Below, in pieces: positions 1 through 9,150 of a stretch of DNA of 64,000 nucleotides (positions within the stretch are counted from its first letter, which is position 1; the number at the start of each line of letters is the position of its first letter). Under the pieces are notes generated by a model. It was not told the origin of the DNA and ran no database searches. It saw only the letters and a program-made list of their open reading frames with translations. This DNA is from a virus (Duplodnaviria > Heunggongvirae > Uroviricota > Caudoviricetes), in the IMG/VR virus record IMGVR_UViG_3300025133_006513, positions 53,289-117,288 of that record. One strand, given 5' to 3'. Both the position numbers and the translations under genes were made by a program.

Positions 1-309
1 CTCGAAGAACGGGTTAAGAATCCGCAACCAACGGCTAAAGCATCGCCAGGGTTTCCGCGATGTGTGTTCGATAGCGAGGGGAAGCGACGCCGTAAAACGT
101 GCGACCTTTGTGGTAGCACAGGGCGTTATACCGTTCGCGTCGAGAACGCGGTGCTCGCGAAAGGCGAAGCACCACAGACACTAAACGTATGCACAGGGAG
201 GACAGATAAGTTGTCCCCGTGTGAACGGGAAGTGGCTGCTCTCTCGGAAACCGCGCCGGCAGATGGAGCCAGCAATACCACAACAGAAGCCATGACGGCT
301 TCGACCTAG
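1..309 (+). CDS. hypothetical protein, 5'-truncated at the window edge (Cys-x2-Cys zinc-ribbon-like motifs)
   Basis: This frame is open from nt 1 to the stop at 307-309. The peptide contains CDLCGSTG and VC/PC pairs. Confidence 0.35.
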   Translation, partial: LEERVKNPQPTAKASPGFPRCVFDSEGKRRRKTCDLCGSTGRYTVRVENAVLAKGEAPQTLNVCTGRTDKLSPCEREVAALSETAPADGASNTTTEAMTAST

Positions 310-316
310 CCTTGCA

Positions 317-368
317 CAGATCTTGGGATCTAGCGATGCATTTTTTGCATTACTAGTCCAAGATCTGC
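317..368. repeat. imperfect ~52-bp palindrome (CAGATCTTGG ... CCAAGATCTG) around an inner ATGCA-T6-TGCAT
   Basis: The outer 10-bp arms are perfect reverse complements. The inner ATGCATTTTTTGCAT is also palindromic. The element is intergenic. Confidence 0.5.
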
Positions 369-488
369 GCGAAAAGTTAAGGTGGGCCATTCGGTCTACC
401 TTTTCTTACCTATTGAAAACAATCACCTATGGGACTACCATAGATCACGATACTCGCTATTCATTTACCACACTCTGGAACACGTTAA

Positions 489-776
489 ATGCACATCAAT
501 ACAGAAAAAAGCGGTGTCATCTCTGGCATCGGGATGAACAAACTCAAGGTAGCAGTCGATGGCGACACTGTTGAAGAGGTCAACGGCCCAGACGCCAAGC
601 GGCTCGCTACAGAGGAAGCAGGCAGGCAAGGATTCGCTGGTGGGGGTTTCTGCGAAGTCCCACAAGCAGGTCCAGTCGGCCCAGATGGTGCCATGCTCGA
701 TGGTGCTGATGCCCTTGACCCTAACCTCGGCGTCCGAGGCTATCGCGTAGAATTTGTCTTCGCTCAACGCGCATGA
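489..776 (+). CDS. hypothetical protein
   Basis: Codon first positions are strongly G-rich (GNN codons). The stop overlaps the next start in an ATGA junction at 773-776. I prefer it over the overlapping minus-strand ORF. Confidence 0.4.
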   Translation: MHINTEKSGVISGIGMNKLKVAVDGDTVEEVNGPDAKRLATEEAGRQGFAGGGFCEVPQAGPVGPDGAMLDGADALDPNLGVRGYRVEFVFAQRA

Positions 777-1471
777 TCAAACTAACGCTCGAACAGGCCG
801 TCAGACAGAACCAGTTCCTCAGTCAGAGGATGCTGGTAGTGCAATCACTTCTGAGCTCGCTCGGGAGTGAAGGTACTAACGCAAAAGGGTTATCCCCGGA
901 CATGCTGTTATCTTTTCCAAGAGCTGCCATACTCTGGGAGTTTGCCGCTGTTGTGGCTCGCGGGATTATACCGCAAGATGCTATGATAGTAGTGATTCAG
1001 ATGTTCCAGAAGGAGCTGATAGATAAAGCAATGTACTGGGAGAAGACGATCGAGGAGCATCCTGAGGATCCCAAACTAGTGCCTCAGGTCCTCGCGGTAC
1101 ATGATCGGAAGCTCATACACATCGCCGGTGAGACGAAGTTCTACGACGTGCAGCACTGCAACCTCATCGAAGAGTCGCCAAAGGTTTTTGAAGGTGTGTC
1201 TTACAATCTGGCAGTTCCGGTACAGCTGGAATGGCTGAAGATTCAACAGGAGAGCAAGGATGCCGCTGACCGCCAAAGTCCGAGAAACACTCCTGGATCC
1301 CCACACCCCAGCGACAGTGCTGCTGGTATTAGCCGTCGACCTGCTGGGGCCGGAGGTGCTGGAGTGGGACCCCCAAACAATCCGTATGGAGCTCGAGGAG
1401 GTCGCAGCCTCAAAGATCTCCAGCAGCACCTTAAACAGAACGATGGCAGCGATCGAGTTGGTGACAACTAA
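773..1471 (+). CDS. hypothetical protein; 3' end uncertain because the last ~70 codons are G/P/R-rich and look out of frame
   Basis: ATG at 773 is coupled to the upstream stop. The N-terminal 160 aa look protein-like. The ORF overlaps 1260..1982 in another frame. Confidence 0.4.
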   Translation: MIKLTLEQAVRQNQFLSQRMLVVQSLLSSLGSEGTNAKGLSPDMLLSFPRAAILWEFAAVVARGIIPQDAMIVVIQMFQKELIDKAMYWEKTIEEHPEDPKLVPQVLAVHDRKLIHIAGETKFYDVQHCNLIEESPKVFEGVSYNLAVPVQLEWLKIQQESKDAADRQSPRNTPGSPHPSDSAAGISRRPAGAGGAGVGPPNNPYGARGGRSLKDLQQHLKQNDGSDRVGDN

Positions 1472-1982
1472 CGGCTTCTATCGTGACCTACCTACCTTCA
1501 TCCGTCTGTGCAACGTGCTCTACAACGGCACGATGGACTTGGAAACGTTTGATCCCGCCGACGCTGGCGAGATCGCGTGGGGCGTAACGGAATCGCTCCT
1601 CATATGGCCGCCTGATCCTCAGGACGAGGAACCTTTTGACCAGAAGATCGCTACATATATCGGATACGCCCTCAAGGATGAAGGTATAATGCAGCCACCT
1701 GATGTGCTGCAGCTCGGTATCTTACCCAGCGATGTATGGGCTAAAGTTCAGGCGGCATTTTCTGATGATCCTCAAATGTTTCGCATGATCCACGATGTGG
1801 AGAAGGCCAAGACAGATGAGATCAATGCGATGGTAAAGCAAAGGCTTGCCGTCATTCTTCACACACTGGACGAGATACCTCTCGATACCGGTGATGCCAA
1901 GGATTCAGTTCGGACGATGCTTGGCGCTCTCAAGAGGACCGAACAGAAAAGTGATGAACTCAAACCAGTAAATCATGCCTAG
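1260..1982 (+). CDS. hypothetical protein
   Basis: 240-aa ORF with balanced composition. This frame opens at 1239. Confidence 0.55.
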   Translation: MPLTAKVRETLLDPHTPATVLLVLAVDLLGPEVLEWDPQTIRMELEEVAASKISSSTLNRTMAAIELVTTNGFYRDLPTFIRLCNVLYNGTMDLETFDPADAGEIAWGVTESLLIWPPDPQDEEPFDQKIATYIGYALKDEGIMQPPDVLQLGILPSDVWAKVQAAFSDDPQMFRMIHDVEKAKTDEINAMVKQRLAVILHTLDEIPLDTGDAKDSVRTMLGALKRTEQKSDELKPVNHA

Positions 1983-3192
1983 AACTTTACGAGGCACTGG
2001 AAGAGACTACACGTCAACCCCTCCGTATCCACACTCTGCGGCAAGTTATGCACAGCAGGTACAGGCGTCACAACCGCTAGAGACACGCGAATATCGGGAT
2101 ACAGCGTTTGTGGAGGAGGATATACCGTTGCCTTTCCAGATCGTACAACGAATTACACCGCCGCTGCTTAGCGTGGTGTGGATACGGCGAGTTGACCGTA
2201 TCAATACACACATCTCGAACATACGTATGTTCGAAGGTGATTACCATGACTTACGTGATGGTTACATCGGGGGCCGCGCTGGCTCAATCTTTCTCGTATG
2301 TACGCAACCAAGCGCAGCACCAGATCTGGTGCACGCGTACATACTGCTCCCTGATGGTTTATGGTGCAACACAGGTATGCTGCCAATCGCGAGGCAGCCA
2401 GGATGGCACCAGCTAGTACGCCCGCACATCGCCAGTTGGACATGCTTATCGCGTGTCCAGCGGGTGGTTCAAGCAGGCACACTTATGCAGAACGTCCTCA
2501 CCAACGAGCTACACGCCCTAGGTGAAGACGCTGATCGAGAACACACAGAACCTGTCGAGGCCGCGCTCGATCATGTGCGTCGTGTCATTAACGTGGTTAC
2601 CAATCAAACTGTAGATCTGACGCCAAGTGCTATTAGGCGGTCATTTAATAACTGGGTAACAGAGACGATGCGTGCGACAGACTCGACCAGTGACCAGGTG
2701 AATATCGCTCTGGAGCATATGCTTAACGTCCCACAACCGACAGTAGCTAAAGATCTGACTGACGGTATATGGGCGTTACAGCGACTGCACCGCGATACCG
2801 CAAAGCAACCAGTTGAAGGCATCAATGACTTCCCGCAATTGCGTGCAGCGTTGCGGCGTATCCAGGCTGCAATGGAGCGAGAAGAATTCCTACGAGAGTG
2901 GCAATACACCGCAGTCCGACGCATCGGAATGCGAAAGAAAGCCCGACAGGCTTCTACCGACAGAACACTTACAGAGCTTTTAGCTGACTATAAGTGTGAC
3001 AAGGTGGAGCCTTACTTAAGAGCTAACTACGCATGGCACTGCACCAACAGAGGTGCAATGGAACGCGTAGTTCAGCAAGCGATATCACTTGCAAATTTGC
3101 ATATGACTCGAGACGAAGGTGAAGCCCTTCGCAGTACAGACAATCGTCAGAAACGACATATAAAACTTGGAAGGAAGCGAGATGGCAACTAG
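1975..3192 (+). CDS. hypothetical protein with C-terminal RQKRHIKLGRKRDGN tail
   Basis: 405-aa ORF overlapping its neighbours by a few nucleotides. It ends in the recurring basic tail motif. Confidence 0.6.
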   Translation: MPRTLRGTGRDYTSTPPYPHSAASYAQQVQASQPLETREYRDTAFVEEDIPLPFQIVQRITPPLLSVVWIRRVDRINTHISNIRMFEGDYHDLRDGYIGGRAGSIFLVCTQPSAAPDLVHAYILLPDGLWCNTGMLPIARQPGWHQLVRPHIASWTCLSRVQRVVQAGTLMQNVLTNELHALGEDADREHTEPVEAALDHVRRVINVVTNQTVDLTPSAIRRSFNNWVTETMRATDSTSDQVNIALEHMLNVPQPTVAKDLTDGIWALQRLHRDTAKQPVEGINDFPQLRAALRRIQAAMEREEFLREWQYTAVRRIGMRKKARQASTDRTLTELLADYKCDKVEPYLRANYAWHCTNRGAMERVVQQAISLANLHMTRDEGEALRSTDNRQKRHIKLGRKRDGN

Positions 3193-4225
3193 CTTTTCTC
3201 AACGTCTTATGGACAAGATTGACTCAGGTTCAAGCATAATCTGGATCTATCTCACCGGCGATGAAGGCCGGGCGGAACGACAGCTCAAAGAAATCACCAA
3301 ACAATACGCCATAGCATCAGACACCCCAATCGGGTTCGAGCATTGGAACTGTGTTGCAGGTGCCAGCTGGCAAGCAAAGCTCAAGGATCCTGCAGCAGCG
3401 ATGCTGGAGATCAGAGATAAGCTCGCAGGTAATGTGCTCGTCCTGATGAAGGACCTGGCCACATACCTTAACGGCCAAGGTGCAAAGAACCTTGAGCTAC
3501 GACGATGCCTGGCAGAGCTCTGCTGTGCCAACGCACTGTCGAATAACTCGCGAACACGACCAATCGTGATCCTCGCGACAACACCTACGCCACACCCAGA
3601 CATCGCGGAATACTGCGACGTCATCGACTTCGACCTGCCTAAGTACCCAGAAATGCGTGAAGACGTGGTTGACTTCATCGTCAACTCGGCCCAAACGAAC
3701 AATAAAGGGAACACAAAGGCCAGTGCTGAAGACGACGAGCTGCTTGAGCGTATTACTCGAGCACTCCTGGGAACCACGGCAGAAGAAGCACAACGCATCT
3801 TCGCCTTCGCCATCACTACGGTGGGGGAGATCTCGGAAGACGTATTGGAAATCATCGCGGCTGAAAAGGCCAAGGTCATCCGTAAGGTTGAAGGGCTGCG
3901 GTTCATCCCGCACTCCAAGATCCCTGAGGAGACAGCGATTGGCGGTTTCTCGTATTTCTTACCTTGGTTGAAGAAGCGAGCAAGAGCGTATTCGCGGCAC
4001 GCACAGTCTGTCGGCTTGGAGCTACCTCGTGGTTCTGTGCTAATCGGGCCTCCGGGCACGGGTAAGACAATGGTAGCTAAGTCTGCGGCGAAGATGCTCG
4101 GGCTGGACTTGATCATCATGGATATCGGTAGCATGTTCGACAAATACGTCGGCGGCTCCGAAGCCAAGATCAGAACAGCCCTGCAAACCGTAGCGGCTAT
4201 GCCCAACGCCCTGCTGATGGTGGAT
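3182..4225 (+). CDS. AAA+ ATPase, exon 1 (N-terminal domain, Walker A GPPGTGKT, ends ...LLMVD)
   Basis: RBS GGAAGGAAG lies upstream of ATG 3182. Walker A is present. Exon 1 stops at the Walker B aspartate; the DE-IDKAF continuation is found at 5081. Confidence 0.7.
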
Positions 4226-5080
4226 AGATTCTGTCCCACAGGTCGGTGACGGCCTGTAGCAAAGCCCTTTAATTGCAAGAAACTCCTATTCGTAATACCA
4301 ATACGAAGGACAATTTGCAGCCAAACCGCAGTATGCCCTGCGGAAGGTTCAGAGACTAGGCGAAAGCCGTAGGACCCAAGCGGGTTCGAAACAGGGGCCT
4401 TGTCAAACGTACGATTGTGATGTAGGTTAGAAAAGGTTTTTCTAACGTATATCAGGAGGTTAGTTTATGTGGAGTCGCAAATTTGATCGTTGTATCGAGT
4501 GCAAGCGTGACGAAATTCCACACATGGCCAAAGGGCTGTGTGGTCGCTGCTATATGCAACAGTACGTGGCTGATAACCGCGAAACTGTTGCGAAATATAA
4601 GCGAGATTGGTATTTTGCGCATCACGAAGAGCAACTAGCTGCTCGTAAGATCACCAGAGAGCAAATACACTTTTCTGGTATGCGGGAAGCAGCTATACGT
4701 GTTGCGTATCGTAAATGTCAACGATGCGGCAGCGATCAACAACTATGTGTGCACCATAAAGATCGGAACGGTCGCGGATGCGATCAGCCCGATAACACAC
4801 TTGATAACCTGGAAGTACTATGCCGACGGTGCCATATCAATGAGCATCGTGCAGAATTAGTAGCAAGCAGGCGGCAAAGTGACACACCTAAACTAAACAA
4901 GCACGGTACGTGGAGTATCAAACATGACGCATGCACAGAGTGTGCGTCTAATTGCTACGCCCATGCAGCCAAAGGGCTGTGTACTCGATGCTATCAGCGT
5001 GCTAAGACAAGATGACATAGTCCGGACTTGCAGGTAACTGTAAGAGTGCCACCGGAAGCGGGTGGTGCGTAACATATTCG
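4226..5080 (+). mobile_element. group-I-like self-splicing intron carrying an HNH homing endonuclease ORF
   Basis: The intron interrupts the AAA+ Walker B motif. The 5' exon ends in U (..GAU) and the intron ends in G (5080), as expected for a group I intron. The 5' part (4226-4466) is ORF-free with GNRA-type hairpins (GGCGAAAGCC). Splicing restores LLMVD|EIDKAF. Confidence 0.6.
4467..5015 (+). CDS. HNH homing endonuclease (intron-encoded)
   Basis: HNH motif CVHHKDRNGRGCDQPDNTLDNLEVLCRRCHINEH. There are N- and C-terminal CxxC...CxxC zinc-finger repeats. RBS AGGAGG precedes the ATG. Confidence 0.75.
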   Translation: MWSRKFDRCIECKRDEIPHMAKGLCGRCYMQQYVADNRETVAKYKRDWYFAHHEEQLAARKITREQIHFSGMREAAIRVAYRKCQRCGSDQQLCVHHKDRNGRGCDQPDNTLDNLEVLCRRCHINEHRAELVASRRQSDTPKLNKHGTWSIKHDACTECASNCYAHAAKGLCTRCYQRAKTR

Positions 5081-5746
5081 GAAATTGACAAAGCGTTCGC
5101 GGGTGCTCACGAAGGCCAGTCCACCGACTCTGGTGTGGCTTCTCGCGTCCTGAGTTACTTCCTGAACTGGCTCAGTGAGCGAGACATGGGCAGTGAAACA
5201 GATAACCGTGTGTTCGTCATGGTGACGATGAACCGCACAGCAGGTGTCGACTCGGCTATGCTACGTAGTGGCCGATTTGATCGGGTATGGTCTACTGACC
5301 TCCCAGACAAGGATGAACGTATGCAGATCCTCAAGATCCACATGACCAAACGTGGACTGGATGCCGAGAGTTATGGCAAGACGCTCGGGAAGGTAGTCAG
5401 CGCTACCGATACGTTCACTGGTGCAGAGCTTGAAGAGATCGTTATCTCTGCACGTAACGACGCCTACGACGAGCGTATGACACGCTATGAAGAAGGCGGT
5501 AAGAAAGGCGAGGCACCTGGTGTCGAAGCCATCCGTCCTACTATTGAAGAGCTCTTGAGTGCAGCAGGTGAAATCACCCCTGTGGCTCAGCTCGATCAAG
5601 AGGACATTGCTGCTATCAGAAAGTTCTGCCAGGAAAACACATACCCTGTTAACGGGGAACGTGTGCAGAGTACCAAACGTAGTCGGTCCCCCCGCAAGGT
5701 CGCAACTGGGCGAGCCAAGACGGGCTCCGACGTTTCAAACAACTAG
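5081..5746 (+). CDS. AAA+ ATPase, exon 2 (EIDKAF..., sensor 1, arginine finger SGRFDR, sensor 2/lid)
   Basis: The frame is open from 5021. It reads EIDKAFAG...NRVFVMVTMNR...RSGRFDR...TGAELEEI and has no start or RBS of its own. Confidence 0.7.
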   Translation, partial: EIDKAFAGAHEGQSTDSGVASRVLSYFLNWLSERDMGSETDNRVFVMVTMNRTAGVDSAMLRSGRFDRVWSTDLPDKDERMQILKIHMTKRGLDAESYGKTLGKVVSATDTFTGAELEEIVISARNDAYDERMTRYEEGGKKGEAPGVEAIRPTIEELLSAAGEITPVAQLDQEDIAAIRKFCQENTYPVNGERVQSTKRSRSPRKVATGRAKTGSDVSNN

Positions 5747-5755
5747 GAGAGTCAC

Positions 5756-6172
5756 GTGAGTCATATCACAAAACGTAAGTCGTCGATGAAGAACGAAGAG
5801 ACCATCAAGAAGGCCGTAGCGCGAATCAAGGGGGCTTCGTACGAAGGCCTTGGTTCGACTCGGACCTACAACAATGGTTCGATTCGTGGTCACCTTGTAC
5901 AGCTACCCGGCTGGAAATACAAACTCGCCATTGACCCCGCCACAGGGGAATGCGTGTTTGACAACTACAACGGGAGCTGGGGCAAGGACGAGCACCTCGA
6001 CGCATTGAAGCAGGGCTACGCTGTGGAAGCAGCCAAGGCTAAGGCCGAAGAAGAAGGCCACGAGTTCATCGAAGAGATGCAGGAAAACGGCTCGATCAAG
6101 TGTGTCATCCCCTTGGGCGGTGGCGGTTACGAAATGGGTGGCGACGGTGGCGGAGACGGCTACGACGTCTAA
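5756..6172 (+). CDS. hypothetical protein with Gly-rich C-terminus
   Basis: GTG start preceded by GGAGAG. The C-terminus reads PLGGGGYEMGGDGGGDGYDV. Confidence 0.5.
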   Translation: MSHITKRKSSMKNEETIKKAVARIKGASYEGLGSTRTYNNGSIRGHLVQLPGWKYKLAIDPATGECVFDNYNGSWGKDEHLDALKQGYAVEAAKAKAEEEGHEFIEEMQENGSIKCVIPLGGGGYEMGGDGGGDGYDV

Positions 6173-6220
6173 GTTCCTCGTCAATTTTGTTCAGCGAAAC
6201 AAGTTTGGAGTAAGAAAACC

Positions 6221-6439
6221 ATGAGCACTGCTCAACACACAGGCCCTCGCATTGAGATCCTGGTCGACAAGAAGGGCAATCCCACCGTAAGCGCACCAGG
6301 CGTCGGTGGTGGAGATTGTAAGATCAAATCAGCGGGCTATGAGTCGCTGTTTGGCGATGTTATCGAGACCCAGGCCACGTCGGAAGCATTTGAAGACGAG
6401 CCCGAGATCGAAATCAAGATGGAGCAAGACAATAGCTAA
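6221..6439 (+). CDS. hypothetical small protein
   Basis: ATG with GGAGTAAGAAAACC upstream. 72 aa. Confidence 0.5.
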   Translation: MSTAQHTGPRIEILVDKKGNPTVSAPGVGGGDCKIKSAGYESLFGDVIETQATSEAFEDEPEIEIKMEQDNS

Positions 6440-6764
6440 GTCAGTTGCTATCGTCATAGACGCAGACGGAACCGCTCGGAGCCTCGTAGATGAGGCCTCC
6501 GAGCGGATCTGCTCTGAGATTGGCCCGAAGATTAGTACGCGACGGGCCTCTCATGTAGAGAGTTGGTGGGACCTAACACCTAACGTCAGACGGTGGATTA
6601 AAGACAATCTACTCGACGGCGACTGCAGTAAGGTCGATACCAACGCATTCTGGGCAGACATGCTGCCCGTCGGCGGACCCGTTCTCGGGCCGTATGTTAA
6701 TTACAAAGAGGCCATCGACGCTGAGGTCGCATGGCTGCACGAGCACAATATCCCCGGAGCCTAG
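6438..6764 (+). CDS. hypothetical protein (start uncertain, no ATG near the 5' end)
   Basis: The protein-like part of ORF 6306..6764 begins around 6438. The upstream part is R-rich and out-of-frame-looking. Confidence 0.35.
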   Translation, partial: KSVAIVIDADGTARSLVDEASERICSEIGPKISTRRASHVESWWDLTPNVRRWIKDNLLDGDCSKVDTNAFWADMLPVGGPVLGPYVNYKEAIDAEVAWLHEHNIPGA

Positions 6765-6766
6765 TC

Positions 6767-6862
6767 ATGGATCCGGACGGTATCAGTAATGACTTCAGTT
6801 GGTTCGCCATCGCAGTCGTTGGAGTGCTGATCGCTAAGTTCCTGACAACACTACCCATGTAA
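6767..6862 (+). CDS. putative 31-aa membrane peptide
   Basis: ATG follows GGAGCC and overlaps the upstream stop. The hydrophobic core reads [15 protein letters not shown]. Confidence 0.3.
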   Translation: MDPDGISNDFSWFAIAVVGVLIAKFLTTLPM

Positions 6863-7009
6863 CTTCAGATAATCGACGGCGCGGCTGAGGGTGTCGGCAT
6901 TGTCTTTGGCGTAGCCGAGTACCAAATTACAGGCACGGCAAAGCAGTCCTCGCACTTCGTTACGGTCGTGGCAGTGGTCAACAGCTAGGAGTGTAGTCTG
7001 GATTTTTGG

Positions 7010-7198
7010 CTAACCAGTTAGCCGTGGCTTGCTTACTTTCTGCCCGTTTTTTGCGGGGGATAGTCTATCCCGGCGACGCCGGTGGGCTTTACTCGCACAC
7101 TCACGACAAGGACTATACGGCTTGCCGGTAGTTTTACGAGTATAGAAATCTGCGATCGGTTTATCCGTGTCGCATTTACTGCAGTATTTAGTAGCCAT
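7010..7198 (-). CDS. small zinc-finger protein resembling the N-terminal domain of the phage HNH endonuclease at 58815..59216
   Basis: CSKCDTDKPIADF...CREC parallels CSKCNKNKPLAEF...CALC in the HNH protein. No HNH catalytic motif is present. Confidence 0.45.
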   Translation of the reverse strand: MATKYCSKCDTDKPIADFYTRKTTGKPYSPCRECASKAHRRRRDRLSPAKNGQKVSKPRLTG

Positions 7199-7252
7199 GG
7201 GATCTCCTTATGGTTACATTCCAATTAACCAAGTAAATCAGGCAGAGGCAGT

Positions 7253-8399
7253 AATGTCAAGTAATATACCGCCAGAAGAAGACTTGCTGGATGCTATCAC
7301 GAAGAACGTGTTCCTCGTGATGTTACGGTGCAGTTGGCCCAAGATGTCTTATCAAATCGCTGATGCGATTGTGGAGATCAAGGTCGACGGCGAGGAGAAG
7401 AAAGAAGTTGATGCAGAGTTCCGCACCAAACCCCAATGGCAGTTGATGCCGGCGGCGTGGCGGAGCAAACTGACCAACCTTGAAGGACGTGCACGGTCAT
7501 TACTGTCCGCTGCGTCCATCCAGTTCGCTGCGAGGGGCATGTCTGTATTGCCCATCGCGAGAGCTGGAGAGATCTTCGCAGGCCTTCGGGCCTTACGTAC
7601 GGAGCTTGAAGGCTACCGTGACGAGTTTGTCCAAGACTATGAGGGCATCCTCGTGAGGCTTGAAGAGAGCCTGGATGGTGATCTGTTCGAGAAGGTACAG
7701 GGCAAGCTCCCTGCCGTCGAGACGGTTGCCAGTAAGTTCAGCCTGGTTTGGGCTATCATCCCAGCAGGTGGCAAGCAGAGCGTCTCTGAAACTGAGCTGG
7801 GCCAACTGCAGGATGTACTCAACCACGCTATCCAAATGGATCTGCAGCTTGACGACACCGATCCCGCTGTCAGTCACTCAATAGCGAGGGCTGGGCAGGT
7901 ATTGGATAACATGCGAGCACGTAGCGAGCAACAGTCCAGGACGATCGATGACGATGAGGCTTCTGAGCTCGTACAGGAGGCCCAGCAGCAGATGCGTTCC
8001 TTTACGAACGACATGCTGGAAGACATGGCTCGCGAACCTCGCAGGGTCCTTGTCGATGCAGCTGATAACCTGCTGGAAGCATTGAAGAATCCCGATCGGA
8101 TCATCCGAAGCGGCACTATCAACCAAGTACGTGATGCATTTCAGATGCTTGAGGGCTTTAAGTTCCTCGCTGGCGATCAACTGCTTGCACGTATGCGTGA
8201 GTGCCGCGCAAGTCTTGAAGATATGACGCCTCGCACGCTGAACTCCAACGCTGAGATCGGGGCCCAACTGGCTGCCGGGCTCACAGGGGTCAGAGAAGAG
8301 GCTGCTGATACGCGTGCTGCAGCGACAGCTATGCGACAATTCCGAGGCATCAAGCTGCGGGACAAGTCAAAAACCAAACGGCAGCCCACGGCTGTCTAA
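7253..8399 (+). CDS. hypothetical protein ending in ...RQFRGIKLRDK... (variant of the recurring tail); alternative starts at 7167 and 7196
   Basis: AGAGG RBS lies 6 nt before ATG 7253. The ORF runs to 8399. Confidence 0.55.
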
Positions 8400-8409
8400 G
8401 GAGGTAACG

Positions 8410-8604
8410 ATGGGTGATTACCACCAGAATAAGCGATTAAAGGCGGATCGCGATGCGGCGGCAGCACTACACGAACAACAGTACCAAGAGATGTGGCAGT
8501 TTGTTCTGTGGTGTGCAGAAGGGGAACAACCCCGTGACGTGGTTGAGCAGGCAGATCGACTTATACGCAAGATAAAGGCGAAAACCAATGAGTCGGCAAA
8601 GTGA
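8410..8604 (+). CDS. hypothetical small protein
   Basis: AGGAGG RBS precedes ATG 8410. Confidence 0.5.
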   Translation: MGDYHQNKRLKADRDAAAALHEQQYQEMWQFVLWCAEGEQPRDVVEQADRLIRKIKAKTNESAK

Positions 8605-9061
8605 TGGAATCTCGTGGACATTCAAAAACGGGAAGAAGTTTCCTGCAGGAAGTTCACGCTCACGCGGGGTATCGCCCCGCAAGGTCATGGAGTCTACGAG
8701 CTCCAATGGCCTTACTAAGTATCTGACGATTCTTTGGAACGATGGCGTCATCACCTGCGACAGTCGCGGGCTAAGCAGACTGATCACTGGGTGTACGTTG
8801 CAGCCAGGGTCATTGCCTATAACACAATGGGAGGTACCGATGCCGGGACCAGTATGTGTACCGTGTAAACAAGAGATGCGATGCGCCAACAGTGACGCTA
8901 TGGTGAATGACCCTGCAGCGGGTGACGCCCCGAGTACGTACTGGTTTAGCGTCACATGGCACTGCACACAGTGCGGTAACGAAATCTCCATACCGAGCGG
9001 ATGTGCTGTTGTACCATCTGCGATGGGTCGCGATGCATCTGTGGAGTTTAACTACTCGTAA
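8588..9061 (+). CDS. hypothetical protein with CxxC pairs
   Basis: 157-aa ORF containing CVPC and CTQC motifs. It overlaps the upstream stop. Confidence 0.5.
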   Translation: MSRQSDGISWTFKNGKKFPAGSSRSRGVSPRKVMESTSSNGLTKYLTILWNDGVITCDSRGLSRLITGCTLQPGSLPITQWEVPMPGPVCVPCKQEMRCANSDAMVNDPAAGDAPSTYWFSVTWHCTQCGNEISIPSGCAVVPSAMGRDASVEFNYS

Positions 9062-9150
9062 TAGCCTCGTCCCCACATGCCTGATCTTTTACGTGGTGCT
9101 GCCTGAAGAAGGCGGTACTGCAACTAGATCTAGTATGCAGGAGACATCGA

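Noticed and set aside
465-767. Minus-strand 100-aa ORF overlapping 489..776
   Set aside because: The plus-strand frame shows a strong GNN first-position codon bias and an ATGA junction with the next gene. The minus ORF needs a TTG start and has no RBS.
3165-3185. Conserved GGAAGGAAGCGnGATGGC 18-mer as a phage promoter
   Set aside because: It sits at -13 to +5 of two start codons, which fits a Shine-Dalgarno/start cassette better than a promoter. Only two copies exist in the window.
3247-4278. 343-aa minus-strand ORF antisense to the AAA+ ATPase exon 1
   Set aside because: Ser/Arg/Ala-rich composition typical of the antisense frame of a GC-rich gene. The sense frame has clear AAA+ motifs.
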